From contig OZ024746.1 of the NCBI GenBank assembly GCA_964016885.1, positions 90,086,001-90,150,000 on the forward strand: a stretch of 64,000 nucleotides of DNA, given 5' to 3'. The stretch comes from Eledone cirrhosa. Its lineage: Eukaryota. The translations under genes and the position numbers were made by a program. Below, piece after piece: positions 12,620-26,619 of the stretch. Under the pieces are notes generated by a model. It saw only the letters and a program-made list of their open reading frames with translations, was not told where the DNA came from and made no database searches. Numbering within the stretch: the stretch's first letter is position 1; each line of letters starts with the position of its first letter.

Positions 12620-12784
12620 TGGATAACAAGTTATCGATATAGGTAATTATAGTTAGGTAATTATAGCTAATACAAGCGATTTAGCGACCTCTAGACTCAC
12701 ATGTTTAATGAAACAATTGGCACTTCATGAAATAAAACCCCTTATTGTACACCCAACCATGTTACTCTTCCTTTTTTCACTATA

Positions 12785-12827
<43 letters not shown>

Positions 12828-12858
12828 AGATCAAAAGATGGTTAAAGGAGTTCCATAT

Positions 12859-12926
12859 ATTTTATTATGCGCATTTCAAAACAAACATCATCAAGCAATA
12901 ATATTTGTGTTTTCATCAGATAAAAC
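12859..12926 (-). ncRNA. Type I hammerhead ribozyme (mirror copy)
   Basis: Reverse complement of 13051-13119. Confidence 0.75.
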
Positions 12927-13050
12927 AGGAGAACATGATATGAAGGCTAAAAAAAACACTTGTGGATAGTGCAGTTTTAAATCAACATATGTTGATTTAA
13001 AACTGCACTATCCACAAGTGTTTTTTTTAGCCTTCATATCATGTTCTCCT

Positions 13051-13119
13051 GTTTTATCTGATGAAAACACAAATATTATTGCTTGATGATGTTTGTTTTT
13101 GAAATGCGCATAATAAAAT
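13051..13119 (+). ncRNA. Type I hammerhead ribozyme, canonical core, AUA cleavage triplet
   Basis: GUUUUAU-CUGAUGA-aaacaCAAAUAUUAU(ugcuug)AUGAUGUUUGuuuuu-GAAAU-gcgc-AUA-AUAAAAU. Stem III AUGCGCAU is palindromic. Confidence 0.8.
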
Positions 13120-13485
13120 ATATGGAACTCCTTTAACCATCTTTTGATCTTATATTATGCATACTCCAGTCCCACAAACTGTAGAGTGCTTCTTATCCGA
13201 TATCTGCATTGCTTTATTGTACTAGAATAAAACCCACCTCCTACATATATATATATATATATATACAGATTAGAGCAAACATCACGAGCGCTCTATCTCA
13301 AAATTATTTTTGAAATGCATTAGAAATGCACAACCGGTAAAACCTTAAAACTAAAACTGAATACTAACCAATACTTATTACTAATTTATACTTATTCCGA
13401 ATTAAACTATTTTTCACTGGGAACATTTTTCAGCATTTTCTTTTCCTTTTACTAATATATATATATATATATTAAAACTATATAT

Positions 13486-14136
<651 letters not shown>

Positions 14137-14137
<1 letters not shown>

Positions 14138-14307
14138 CGAAGGAAATGTGGTAAGGAACCAGGTGGACCATAACGCACCAAAGTACTCAATACTTGAGGT
14201 AGTAGAGTGGGTAATAGGAACCAGTAAGACCCCGACAGCTGAGCTCAAGCCGAGAATTAGCCGTCGAAACGGCTTGAGCTCAGCTGTCGGGGTCTTACTG
14301 GTTCCTA
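14137..14307. mobile_element. Fold-back family F (3' half of HHR only)
   Basis: Arms 14214-14252 / 14270-14307. Motif GAAAC-ggcuugagcucagcu-GUC-gggg. Other copies at 16325, 20655, 33123 and 42859. Confidence 0.75.
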
Positions 14308-14468
14308 TATATATATATATATATATATGAAAAGTGTAATTTTCTACACAAAACGAAGGTTATAGAGAAAATTGAGGTTGGTAATGGCACATGGAATATA
14401 TAAGAGACAGAATACTTTTTTGTGAAACAACATAACTTTATAAGGTAAGGAAATAATAAAGGGTATAA

Positions 14469-14516
14469 AAAATGACCGGTTTCGATGGGTCTGCAAAAGC
14501 CATCTTTTCAAATGTT
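14469..14516 (-). ncRNA. Minimal hammerhead ribozyme, U3-A8 variant
   Basis: AAcAU-UUGAAAA-GAUGG(cuuuugcagac)CCAUC-GAAAC-cg-GUC-AUuUU. Stem III ACCGGU is palindromic. Enclosed by inverted repeats 14360-14438 / 15207-15283. Confidence 0.7.
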
Positions 14517-15274
14517 GATTAATATTAAGAAAAATTAATAATACGAAGAGTTAAAATTTGAGATTTGAAAAACAAGTATAAAATTCAGTGTGGGATTTCA
14601 TAGCAGTTTTCATCTAGGTAGCAACAACAGGTTGACTGCTCTGTCCCTTTCTGGTAGTGAATGAGAAGTTATTTGGTGTGTGGGTTATTTTATAAAGGTC
14701 AGATTTAGCAATCGCCAACTGGCCAGCTGCTGGTCAGTGAGGGGGTGGAAGCAATATACATACACATATCTTCCTGTGGTGGGTAGGAGAGTGGAGCGTG
14801 ATAGAAAGGGATTTAGTGCACTTACACCTATATATACACACATACCTTCATCCACACATACATACATATACATATACATATATATATATATATATATACA
14901 TATACACACATACATACACACACACATACATATACATACACACATACACACACACACATACATACACACACATATATATATATATATACACACACACACC
15001 CACACATACATACACTAACACACACACATATATATACATACACACATACACACATACACACACACACACACATACACACACACACACATATACACATACA
15101 TACACCCACACACAGAGAAATGGCCTCCAAATATATATATATATATACATACAGACACATATATTTTTTCCATAATATAAGAAGTTGGGACAGTGAAATT
15201 AAAATACAAGTCATGTTTTTTCACAAAAAAGTATTCTGTCTCTTATATATTCCATGTGCCATTACCAACGTCAA

Positions 15275-15379
<105 letters not shown>

Positions 15380-15408
15380 ATCAAAAGATGGTTAAAAGAG
15401 TTCCATTC

Positions 15409-15477
15409 ATTTTATTATGCGCATTTCAAAAACAAATATCATCACGAAATGACATTTGAGTTTTCGTCAGATAAAAT
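15409..15477 (-). ncRNA. Type I hammerhead ribozyme (family of 13051)
   Basis: AUUUUAU-CUGACGA-aaacuCAAAUGUCAU(uucgug)AUGAUAUUUGuuuuu-GAAAU-gcgc-AUA-AUAAAAU. Inside TA-flanked fragment 15375-15575. Confidence 0.8.
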
Positions 15478-15571
15478 AGGGATACATGATATGAAGGTTA
15501 AAAAACTCTTGTGAATAGTGAAGTTTCAAATCAACAAGCATTGCTTTATTGTACTACAATAAAACTCACCT

Positions 15572-15704
<133 letters not shown>

Positions 15705-16324
15705 GTACATATATTCATTTGTTCATGCGCACACGTACCTGTGTATATAATGTTTATACATTCTATTTTTGTTTATGCATGCACCCACATAAATAAATGT
15801 ACGACTCTAAATCCAAATACATTGCTATTAATCATTTCATTAATATGATTACATTTACTATTACTAATACACTCAGGATTTCTATGTTCAAATATTTTAC
15901 TTTTATTCATATAATTATTCATGTATGGTAACTGGAAATATGTCCGATACTCTTAAACGAATATTAGTGAATTGATTTTTTCATAGCTAAATGTTTTATT
16001 TTCAAAGCAACATTTTTTTCTTGCAAACATTTCGCATATCTCAAGAAAATATCTTCATGTACTGATGTAATGTCTTACTGTCTGGTAAAAGGAAAATGTA
16101 TTCGTAAATTTGTTAAAATATTTACTTCTCCGTCTACAGATAAATTTCTTCAACTTATGTAGATCTCACTTAGAGTTAGAGCACAATTTCTTTGCTTGAT
16201 GTTTAATCGGTTCTAATAATAAATAATTGTTCTACGGGCTTATGTTGAATTATATATATATTCAATCCTAATCGAGTCTTCTTCCGATGTTGGTCGTTTT
16301 ATTTATTATTACTATATATATATA

Positions 16325-16403
16325 TATTACCCACTCTGCTACCCTAAGTATTGAGTATTCTGGTGCGTTATTGTCCATCTGGTTCCTTACCAGACCTCCT
16401 TCG

Positions 16404-16405
<2 letters not shown>
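16325..16405. mobile_element. Family F terminal fragment
   Basis: Reverse complement of ~14137-14215; flanked by (TA)n. Confidence 0.7.
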
Positions 16406-16446
<41 letters not shown>

Positions 16447-17280
16447 TATATTTAATGTATATGTATCGTGTATTTGATACCTAAGTTGTCTGGATTTAGG
16501 AGTTTAGGATATTCTGTTCCTGTGGTATCTCTATTGTCTTACCTGATTTTACGATATCCTACCTGGCATGAAATTTTAATTTGGCTACCAGAAATCAATT
16601 AAATGATGATTTTGCTACGAGTACAAAACATTATGTTCACGAGCAATATCTCCGTCATCTTTGCCTCATCTTTCTAGCTACAAGCACAGCAAACAGTACA
16701 GCCATGATACAAGAAGAGAGTCTCTTCGTAGTATCTCAAATTTGCCGATAACTTGACTAATGTTTCTTAAAATCAAAACACAACAAATGTAATAATTGGA
16801 CGCAGATATTTAATAATGTAGTCCTAGATATTCAAAGCACGAAATTATAGTAAGATGGTCATACTGGATAATGAATTATTCATACATCTAATTTCGTCAA
16901 GCTGAGCTCAATTTAATCTACAATACACAGAACACACATCAGCAACACAGATAAGAGTGCTGCTATTATAATATAACTCAATCGATTAAAAGAGATTAAC
17001 ATTTGAACAGCGTTATAAAGTCAAAGATTATTAAAATTAATTGAGGATTCGCTAATCTTACCAGCTAAGAGGAATTTCAAGATAATTAACTCAATGAAGT
17101 GTATATATCCTTTGAACATTTTATAGTTCGATTTAGGATTTGATAATATATTTGTCGTCAATCTTGCTTTTTGTGCCCGATAGATACATCTGTATTTATA
17201 TCTCCAGTCCTTTCATTTGAAGGGCACAGACGTAAATGTTTCATGTGACGTATTTGGTCCTGAAACACACACACAGACAA

Positions 17281-17317
<37 letters not shown>

Positions 17318-17335
17318 GTAACCCTTATATAATAC

Positions 17336-17448
17336 GGGCGGTGAATTGGCAGTATCGGTAGAGGGTCGGATATGCTTTCCAGCATAGTTACGTCCCTTTA
17401 CGATCTGTGTTCATATCCGGCCGAGGTTAACTTTGCCTTTCATCCATA
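17336..17448 (+). mobile_element. tRNA-derived SINE, 3'-truncated
   Basis: A box tggcagtatcgg, B-box-like gttcatatcc, core ccgaggttaactttgcctttcatcc. Confidence 0.75.
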
Positions 17449-17599
17449 CAAGGCCACCAATTATCTCAGTGCATTACTGGCGCATTATGTTATCGACTCC
17501 GTGATGTTGAAAGGCAAAGTTACCTCGGCAGAACGTAAGTGGCCGACATTCTGCAAATAATGTCGTCCGACCTTATACCGATACTACCAATCGACCACC
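17449..17599 (-). mobile_element. tRNA-derived SINE, internally deleted, inverted against the previous copy
   Basis: aaggcaaagttacctcggc and taccgatactaccaat are reverse complements of the SINE core and head. Confidence 0.7.
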
Positions 17600-19299
17600 A
17601 TGGAATATGTAAATATGTAAATCGATATTAATATACGTATGTGTGTGTGAGAGGGAAAGAGAGGGAGAGAGAGGGAGAGAGAGGGAGAGAGAGGGAGATA
17701 GTGTGTGTTAATGCGTGCGTGTGTTTCTATGGTTGTGTGCCTTCCTTTCTGTACATAAAACTTGATTGCTCTAAAATGAAACCTTTAAAAATTCATCATC
17801 CCTTTTTTCTATTGCTCATTATATATAGTACAGGAAATATGTGTATTTATTCACGCACAGCATCTTTTGATAGTTTCGAGGCATTAGTGTCAACTGCTTA
17901 AAGTCAATCTAAAGGGGATGACGCTCATTTCTGAAGATTTATTATCTTTCATAATGCAATAGAGAGATCTGCAGGAAAGAAAGTATTGTAACCGGTCCTA
18001 TGCTCAATTGGCTAAATATGTTTCTTTAGGTTGGTGTTTATATATATTAAATTCACCTATTGTATTTTGGCTTTCAGATTGAAGGAATTCGTGGCAATAA
18101 CGTGAGAAATCTCTCTTTATTGCGGTTGATATTGGCTGATTTTTTAGGAAAGCTTACTTTGTATTTGGGGTCATCAATTCTGCTTTAGTTGTAGATCATT
18201 TCCAGAGAATTAATAACCCCACCCGGGTAACCGATTCTCACTAGATGCATTTTAATCGTACTTTGAATTGATTGACGAAATGCTACACATATTATTATGA
18301 GATTTCGTAGTGAATATTCAAGTACTAATTTCAACTAAATATTTTGAATTGACTTTCTACGACGTAGTGCTATATATATATATTGCAGTATATATGTCAA
18401 TTATAAGATCATCTGCTTTCATTGGGTACACTAATGCTATAGAAACATTCGTGTTTTGCTGAATCCTTTGTACTACAAGGTTGTAGATTATCAGTGAATA
18501 GCTGATGATTGTCTTGGAATATTGCTGTGGTGTATATTTGAGAATAGTAGAAAGTGCTGTCTTGGAAATGTTATAGTTTGCTTCGTGAAATAGTTGTATT
18601 TGTGCATTGAAGTGTGATTTATCGAAGGTCCTAGGTTTTCAGAACATTTGCAACATTATGTCGAAATCTTGTATTGATTTGTCATGCAATAATTCTATTA
18701 GTAATGTACATCTTATACATATAGCTTGTAACATAGAGGACTGTTGAGGAAATCTGCAATGGTGTGAATATACTCTTTATACTATATACTTCGTATTGAG
18801 AGCATTTAAATGTCATCCATAGTCAACGACGGCAGTCTACATACTGTGAAGGTTGAAAAAGCGTGTTGACAGCAAACGGTCACTCAGCTGGTTCCAGCCG
18901 ATGAGCCACTTGAAGATTTGATGGTGTATGGCCAGGACCAGACAACAGAGGCCCCTTAATCATATGGGTTCCAATCCTGATACGTCACCTGTCTACTGCG
19001 ATTAATTCAGCTTTACCCAGGAGGCGTAATTCGTAGTCCTGCTTCGGTGCTTTTGTCTGCGGATAGCTCTTAAAAACAGCACAATTGCTGCTCCTGGACG
19101 ACTGAGCCACAGGGCATTCTACGTGGCAAAACGGATCTTAATGCGTAGGTTAATATATTGCTTTACGATTTTCGCGACAGCCTGTTTGATACAGCTTGGT
19201 GTCGTAACAAGTTGAATAATCTCCTGTAAGGGTCTGCTAGACTTCCGCAGAATAGTACGGTGGTGGGGAAGTGATCACGGTACCAAGGATATTCATTAG

Positions 19300-20130
19300 T
19301 CTGGAACCTCCTGGGCATCTGGCCCGTCAGGCTTGGCCTTACCAGGATCAAACATCCAGGCATTAATGTTCTCTCGGATCTACGGATCACGGAACGCCTT
19401 TCACCATGACACACCGACACCCAGGAGAAATCAGCAGATATGTGCATTCATGTGAGTTGGGTGACCGTGACGCTGATCCATATCGGTGATGGCCAGGATT
19501 TTGCCCCACTCCATATTGTCCCCATGTGCGTAGATTTTGTTAGCTCATTCATATACCTGGGGATCACAATCAACAGAACAGACATGACCCCTGCGATCAA
19601 ACATACATGCGGTCTCGCTGCCGGAGCGAGGTACACCCTATGGAATCCCATTTGGTGCCAGCGCTTAATTTCCCGGACGAAGCTATAATGTGTAGATGTT
19701 TGCCATGTTCCTATATAGAGCAGTAAAGCGTTCTCTGACGAAGAGCGTTGCAAAGTGGATCAATGACGGCAATACCAGAGCCGTGCTGACCGTCTAGAAC
19801 ATCAGGTGCTAACATTACTTCTCCAACGAAGAGATATATGGGCGCACTCATCAACCCGAAGCCTGCCACCTAATCCACTCGTATTGGCATGTCTTCCGCC
19901 TCCCACCATGTCATCCCACGTGGGTGTTCCTCTCGTTCGACACAGTAGTGGTGGAACAAAGAATCCCTGAGCCTTCCAGAGCCTGACGTAACTCTGGAGG
20001 ACACAGTGGGTAGGGTAGAGACCCAAGACTGAAAGAGGGCAAGGATAGATTTGGGAGGCTCAAAGCTCGATGATACATCAGAGATTGTTGACCCCGATGA
20101 ACCCAGGACAATGGAAGATGTGCAAGAGAT
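19300..20130 (+). mobile_element. Decayed RTE-clade LINE, RT thumb and C-terminus
   Basis: Translation FIYLGITIN...GLAAGARYTLWNPIWCQRLISRTKL matches the RTE pattern YLG...IW...IS..TKL. GC is higher than in the flanks and there are many frameshifts. Confidence 0.65.
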
Positions 20131-20377
20131 GATGGTAGTTTATATAGATGCCTGATATATATTATATATACTAAAATGCCTCCACTTCTTGCTTGGAGAT
20201 CCTGCAGGATCAGTTGGAGTCGGTTGCTTCTGGCAGGACACTTTGGAAGGAGTGTTTAAAGATTCTCCCTTTACGACCCTCTCAGTAAGAAAGGGTCGAA
20301 GAAGAAGAAAAAGAAGAGACAGAAAAAAATAAAAAGAAAAAAAGAAAATAAATCGGGGAAGAAAAATAATAATAATT

Positions 20378-20499
20378 AGTTCTAATTGTGGCATAAGGCC
20401 AGCAATTATCTCAGTATATTATTTGTACTTTATTTTATCGACCCCCGTAAGGATAAAAGGCAAAGTTAACCTCGGTGGGATTTGAACTCAGACCGTAAA
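20378..20499 (-). mobile_element. tRNA-derived SINE, head truncated
   Basis: tcgacccccgtaaggataaaaggcaaagttaacctcggtgggatttgaactcag. Confidence 0.8.
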
Positions 20500-20545
20500 A
20501 TATAAATAATATGAACATCAATATAAATACACACATCCACGCACG

Positions 20546-20609
<64 letters not shown>

Positions 20610-20620
20610 TATATATATAT

Positions 20621-20654
<34 letters not shown>

Positions 20655-20655
<1 letters not shown>

Positions 20656-20856
20656 ACGAAGGAAATGTGGTAGGGAACCAGGTGGACCATAACGCACCAA
20701 AGTACTCAATACTTAGGGTAGTAGAGTGGGTAATAGGAACAAGTAAGACCCCGACGGCTGAGCTCAAGCCGTTTCGACGGCTAATTCTATACTAATATCC
20801 AGTACAGAATTAGCCGTCGAAACGGCTTGAGCTCAGCTGTCGGGGTCCTACTTGTT

Positions 20857-20861
<5 letters not shown>
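20655..20861. mobile_element. Fold-back family F
   Basis: Arms 20733-20793 / 20801-20861 with a 7 nt loop; (TA)n on both sides. Confidence 0.8.
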
Positions 20862-20942
<81 letters not shown>

Positions 20943-22419
20943 TAAACATCTACTTATTGAATATATAACAAACATGCCAAGTATGCATATTCTCCAGTAA
21001 ATTGAGAAAAGCAAAATATAAATATAATTATGTATTAGGCCTGCGAATATGTGTCCGTGTATGTTTAGGTGCAGGTGTGTTATTTGTGTGTGTCTGAGCA
21101 TGTATAACTAGTTGGTGTGTATGTGTGACTGTTCTTTCCCAACTTTATTTTCATAGATCTATTTGTACAAATATAAGTCTTTTCTCCGGTTCTAGTTAAC
21201 AGAAATCTATTTCCTTTGAGAGTTAATTAATTTATTGAATTGTCCTATGAAACCACGTAAGATATGCACCAATTAATACTCTAGACGCTTTCACTAATTA
21301 ATCTGAATTATGTATATGGAATAGTGGATAAACTTAACCGTAAACGTCAAAAGTTTGGAGATTATTTGCTAATTTGCAAATTACGATTGTAATCTTCCTT
21401 CTGCTGTAATATTATATAACAGAATACTACTTAATGCGCAAATTTGATTGAATTTTGCCCTATTCTATTTTGTGATTTATCCTTATGCTTTCTCTAATAT
21501 AACGGACATGTGTTCAAAGCAGTCATGACATGATAAAGCAATTTTTTAAATCTTATTACTTTTTAAGATGGCCTGGTAGATTAAAGCTTACGTTCAGTAA
21601 TTTGTTTTTAAGCGAAGTATAGCGGTTACCATGGTGTAAGAGATATTGGTTGCTTCTATTTATTGAAGTGACATATTTTAAAGTTTGAAATATTAGCAAT
21701 CGACCTATATCTTATAGTTCAACATAATTATGATTTGAGCATGGCTTTGCTTGTATATTTATTTACAACGTATTGTTAGAACTCAACGTTTGGTGCATGG
21801 TGCATTGCCTATAACGCTGAAATATATGTTCCACGTAGTCTTATGTACATGCCTTCCTATACCTTCTATTATGTTTCTGAATTTGGCTAACTCGTTGATT
21901 CTTGTAGAGCACATTTCACAAATATGAAATAGTTTATTCCTTGTATAAAACATCATATTTCACGACAGTTCTTGGTTTTTAAACAGATGGAAGATTATTA
22001 TACTATAGTTCATTTCATATATTAAATGCGACTATTTATAAAGCTAAAATAGGCGAACTGAGGATAACGGCCTTTTAGAAAGAAAAAGTATGTTACTGAC
22101 ATATAAATTATCATTTAAAATCACAATCATTCATGTTATATGTACTGATATGCACTGCAGGGTCGTATTACATTATGACCTTTAGATATTTCTGAACCAA
22201 TGACACCGAACTTTATATTAACAGGGCTTTATCCTTGTTGGGCCTCGTAAGGTTCAGGCATACAGACTTATAAATAACACTGACATGGTACAAACACTTT
22301 TAATTGACCTTCTTTCTAAGGCAGACGTTAATATAATACTTTATCAATTAATCTTACTTTATGTTATTACTACCTTTCACCATTCCATCATTTAACCGAT
22401 TTATACAACATGTGTCTGC

Positions 22420-24235
22420 GATGTTGCATTACGTAGTGAGAAGGGTTGGGGAAAGGGTACTCACATGCGGGCATTTGATATATATGACACCTGAATGAGG
22501 GGCTTTACATGCTCAATCCTGAGAAAAACACGTGTTCAGAAAATGTTTCAAATTCGTTCTGTTGTCGCAATTGTCTTTCTTTTATTCATTTCCCTAATGG
22601 TTGGTGGAGCAGGTAAAATCTATTCTTAATTTTCATCGAGTTCGTCTATTTGCTTCGTTTCCTGTAATTTGCACAATAACTTCGTTTGACTGAATCCTCC
22701 CATAACCACTTGAGCCAAGACCTACGACAGATTGTTCGAATAGATAGCTTCTCCTAGACTTTCTTCTTTTGGTACATCAAAGGTTATTTGACCATAATGT
22801 CGTTTTGTTCACCTCCATTTTCTAAATCAAAATAATTTACGATCCGATTACCAGTCTTCTAAAATATATTATTTCGCCAGACCCATATTGTTGAATGAAC
22901 TTCAGACGATGCGATGGAGTGGAAGTTTGACATTAAGTTACGATTCTTAAAAACAAACTTCGCTATTATTTCATTGGTTGATACATGCGCAGCATTTTGA
23001 TATTGAAGCAGCAGAATATTGTGAATGCATGTTTAGAGAGACGTGAAATCGGTTGGTTTTATTACTTTGATTGTAGTTATTGGAGTTCCTACGACATTTC
23101 CAGATTTTCCAACAGATCAATCTTGCATTGTAAAGTGTTATATACACCAGACACACCCCAGTGATTCTCGCATGATGTGGTGAAATGAGTTCCACTGTCA
23201 GTAACCAAAGAAACTGGAACTCCCTTACCTCTTCTACAATGCAAGCATCGTCAATTCGGCATTTGCTGCTTGGTGAGATAGACATCTGGCCATCGAGAAT
23301 AGCCATCAATCATCACGATCGCATAACATTTCTAGTGAAGTGGAATGTAGATGTCGGCATGAACGCATTGGCAATGGTGGCAAATTCTTGGCAATGGTTT
23401 CCACACTGAAGTCTTAGATGTACCGATTTGGCAAGCTAAACAGTTTGTTTGCAATATGTGGTATAACTACATTTATCTTTGCCCATCATACTGCCTATCA
23501 GGCAAACGATTTAATTTTCTCATCACCAAAACGAATACTCAAGTACCTGTTTCCGCAGTGTATGCGTCTATACGGGTAAAGGATGAAGTCGGGTGCTAAT
23601 GAAACTGCTACTCTTCCTTAGATGTCTGAACCTCCATTCCGATTCAAACCTTTCATAACGCTACCTTAGAATTTTCCAGGTTTCATGACGAAACAAAATA
23701 ACCCGAAACACGTATTGACGTTTGTCAGCTGGATAGATTCATCGTCCAATGGCAGCAGCTTATATATTGGATAAAATGAATTCATTATTGTGAATAAATT
23801 CATTTATCTAAGATATCTTCCGGCTATTGTTAGACACTCGTATTTCTAAAGAAAGCTTATTATGTGTGAATCTGTAATCGCCACATTTTCTAAGGATTCG
23901 TGCTATCTTTGTTGCTAGTAAAACTAGCTGCCGGGTTAAGATACTCCGGAGTGGAGCGAACACAAATGAGACAGTCTGACTCAGAAATCATTTAGTGTAG
24001 ATTAAAACTGTATTAAATAGCATGCCCATAAATGTGTGTGTTCGAGGGCGGGTGACAGTCATGATACTGCTTGTTTTCTTAGACATGCAGGCGTTGTAAG
24101 AATCGTCCGGGATGTTTCATTATGTAGTGAGAATGAATGTGGAGGAGGGTGGTATTGATATGTGTATGTGAAAAATATGACATGGGTGGGATTACATGTT
24201 CAATCTAGAGCAAAGTAGATGCCCAGAAAATAATT
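22420..24235 (-). mobile_element. Decayed, internally deleted Ty3/Gypsy LTR retrotransposon
   Basis: Minus-strand remnants: RT LPLDDESIQLTNVNTCFGLF (~23700-23757), integrase IDGYSRWPDV (~23281-23310) and GVPVSLVTDSGTHFT (~23179-23223). Diverged direct repeats 22420-22545 / 24111-24232 are candidate LTR remnants. Confidence 0.7.
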
Positions 24236-26549
24236 TGAATGAAGCACTTCACTGTATTATGATTAGGTATTTTGTGCATCATTCGCAGCCACCGCCGATG
24301 GAAAGTGTTCAGCCGTCTCTCTATCTTTGTCGCGTTCTTCACTGTGTCGCTCGCGTAAAACACTGTGGCCAGCGGGATGCATAAAGACGCCCATACTAAG
24401 CATAACCGGCTTCTTTACCGATCTGACAGTTGATTTTGAGTTATTGCTTGCCATATATATGATACAAATCTAATACGAAATTATCAAACAAGAATTATAC
24501 TAAAATTCGCATACATGTTTTCAACACTCCCAACCAATAGACCTTTTAAATTTTCAGTAGTCTACATCCCCATTTTGCTTTCCGGGGCTTCCTGTCATTT
24601 TTTTCTCTTTTAATTAGCAGAAATATCTTGAATGGCATATGGATTCAAAGGGGAAAAAAAAAACATGCTTTTGCATTCGAAATAATTAATATATGCTGTT
24701 ATATATTTTAGAATTAGTAAATCGTGACAAAAATGCCAATAGTTCTCTGAAACGCTAGATTTGTCTATATTTTTTCTTCACTCTTTTTTATTATTTTTCC
24801 ATCTCACATCCTTTCATCTATTATACATTTTATTTTTCTTGTTTCTTTACACATATTTTCTTCTGTCGTTCGCCATTCAACATTCTTTCTTTTGATCTTT
24901 CTCGGGAATCAGTATATATAATTTATGTTACAATAGATGGCTACATATTTCCTGAATATTATTCGTTGGAAAAATAGTTGAATACGAAATGAATTTATTA
25001 ACTGCAATGAATATTTCATAGCATATATATTTGGGAACGTTAACAGAAAGAGTACACTCCTTGACAAAATATCTTTAAGTGTGTAATTCATTGCATTACT
25101 ATTCCTGCTTGGCATCAGTATTTTCTAGATGAATAAAATATATTGGAAATAAATATAAGTACTAAGAAACCCCAGAGAGCGCTGGACACCAGAAGGTCTC
25201 GAGCGAGAAAGGCCGTCCACCCGATACGAGATTTTTGGCCCTGCTAATCCTGCAAATTAATGGCGCCGGGGCCATTCAGTTTATTATTCATGCGTGCCTT
25301 CCAATGACTATTTCTATCCAATTGGACATCGGAGTATTCTGCATTTAAACTGTATTGGAATTCTATACCACCTCTACAAGATTCGAACTTAAAATTAAAC
25401 CCCCCTTTCTTGAGTTTAATAACGTTTCTATTCCTTTTAGTAGTGAAATAAAAAAAACCGCCTGCTTTCTCCCTCTTAATTTGAGGGAGGAAGCAGATGA
25501 CACACACACTCACATGACTACCTCCCTGCCACCAACCAAACCGACAGTAAACCCAGCGCCCGAGCTAGCATTTACAACAAAAGAGACCCCAATAACAACA
25601 CCCCAGCAAAAGAAAACCTCATCCGCAACAACAGCATCAACAAAAACAAACCCAACTTAAATACACTACGTCCAGACTACGTTTTTCATTAACGGTCAGT
25701 ACTTGCAACGTCCTAGCTAGACGTTCTCCTTCTCGATTGTGAGAACCAATTTCACAAGAACTTTACTGAGGCAGTTATTTTCCCTGGTTACTCTTTCATT
25801 GTTACACATTCCACAAAAGGATACATATTCAACTAATCCTAAGTATTTGATCAGCCCTCCCCACATACCGGAAAAATACTCAAATCGTTGATAGTGTTGT
25901 GCCTAGATTTGCCCCTATTTTCAATCATACTTAACTTGACCAAACTCCATTCCTATATTTTTCGGGAACACAGTAACCAGTTCAAGTTTTTTTACATAAT
26001 GTTTCAGAACCGGGGCAAAGAGGCTATGTGTTCGGTTGTATTTTCGGCCTTCTGCGAGCCAATTCCATATCCTTCGTATTTCCTCAGCATAAATGCAAAT
26101 AGCTTTAGTGGCAGTATAAATAAGATCTTACAGGATGTATAATTGGAATATAACTCTGCGATATTCTGTTTCATTGATAACAATAGTCCTCCTTCACTGT
26201 GATTGACAGCAAGATATTCAACCAAGCAGGAGATACCTTATTTGTCTCTCTGATAATTGTATCTAGGCTTCTAGAATCCACGAGTGGGGAACAGAATGGA
26301 ATGTTTGTAGTACTCTAGCCAGATTGTAATCGGTAGACCTCTGACATCGCGCTTTAGTTAATTACATGTTGTTCAAATCCTTTCCTTCCAGCTCCCTGCT
26401 CAAATATGAGAATATATTCGTCATAAACGTAATTGTGGGGGAATATTTTCAGACATGTTCTATACATGTCATGCATTAAGTACTGACATGCAATAGGTCG
26501 ATAGCTTCTTGACAAATGTGTCCTTCTTTCTCTTGATGTCAATCAACGT

Positions 26550-26616
<67 letters not shown>

Positions 26617-26619
26617 CTC

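Larger units (their letters stand above)
12821..13245 (+). mobile_element. TA-flanked element forming an essentially perfect 337 bp spacerless palindrome (12821-13157)
   Basis: Centre CATATG at 12986-12991. The arms differ by one T in a homopolymer. Same family as 15375-15575. Confidence 0.85.

Noticed and set aside
18060-18130. Possible host exons after polypyrimidine-AG sites (also ~32028, ~51487)
   Set aside because: No supporting reading frame, donor pairing or homology can be established by eye.
20185-20310. Second RTE-like C-terminal remnant (LESVASGRTLWKECL)
   Set aside because: Too short to call confidently.
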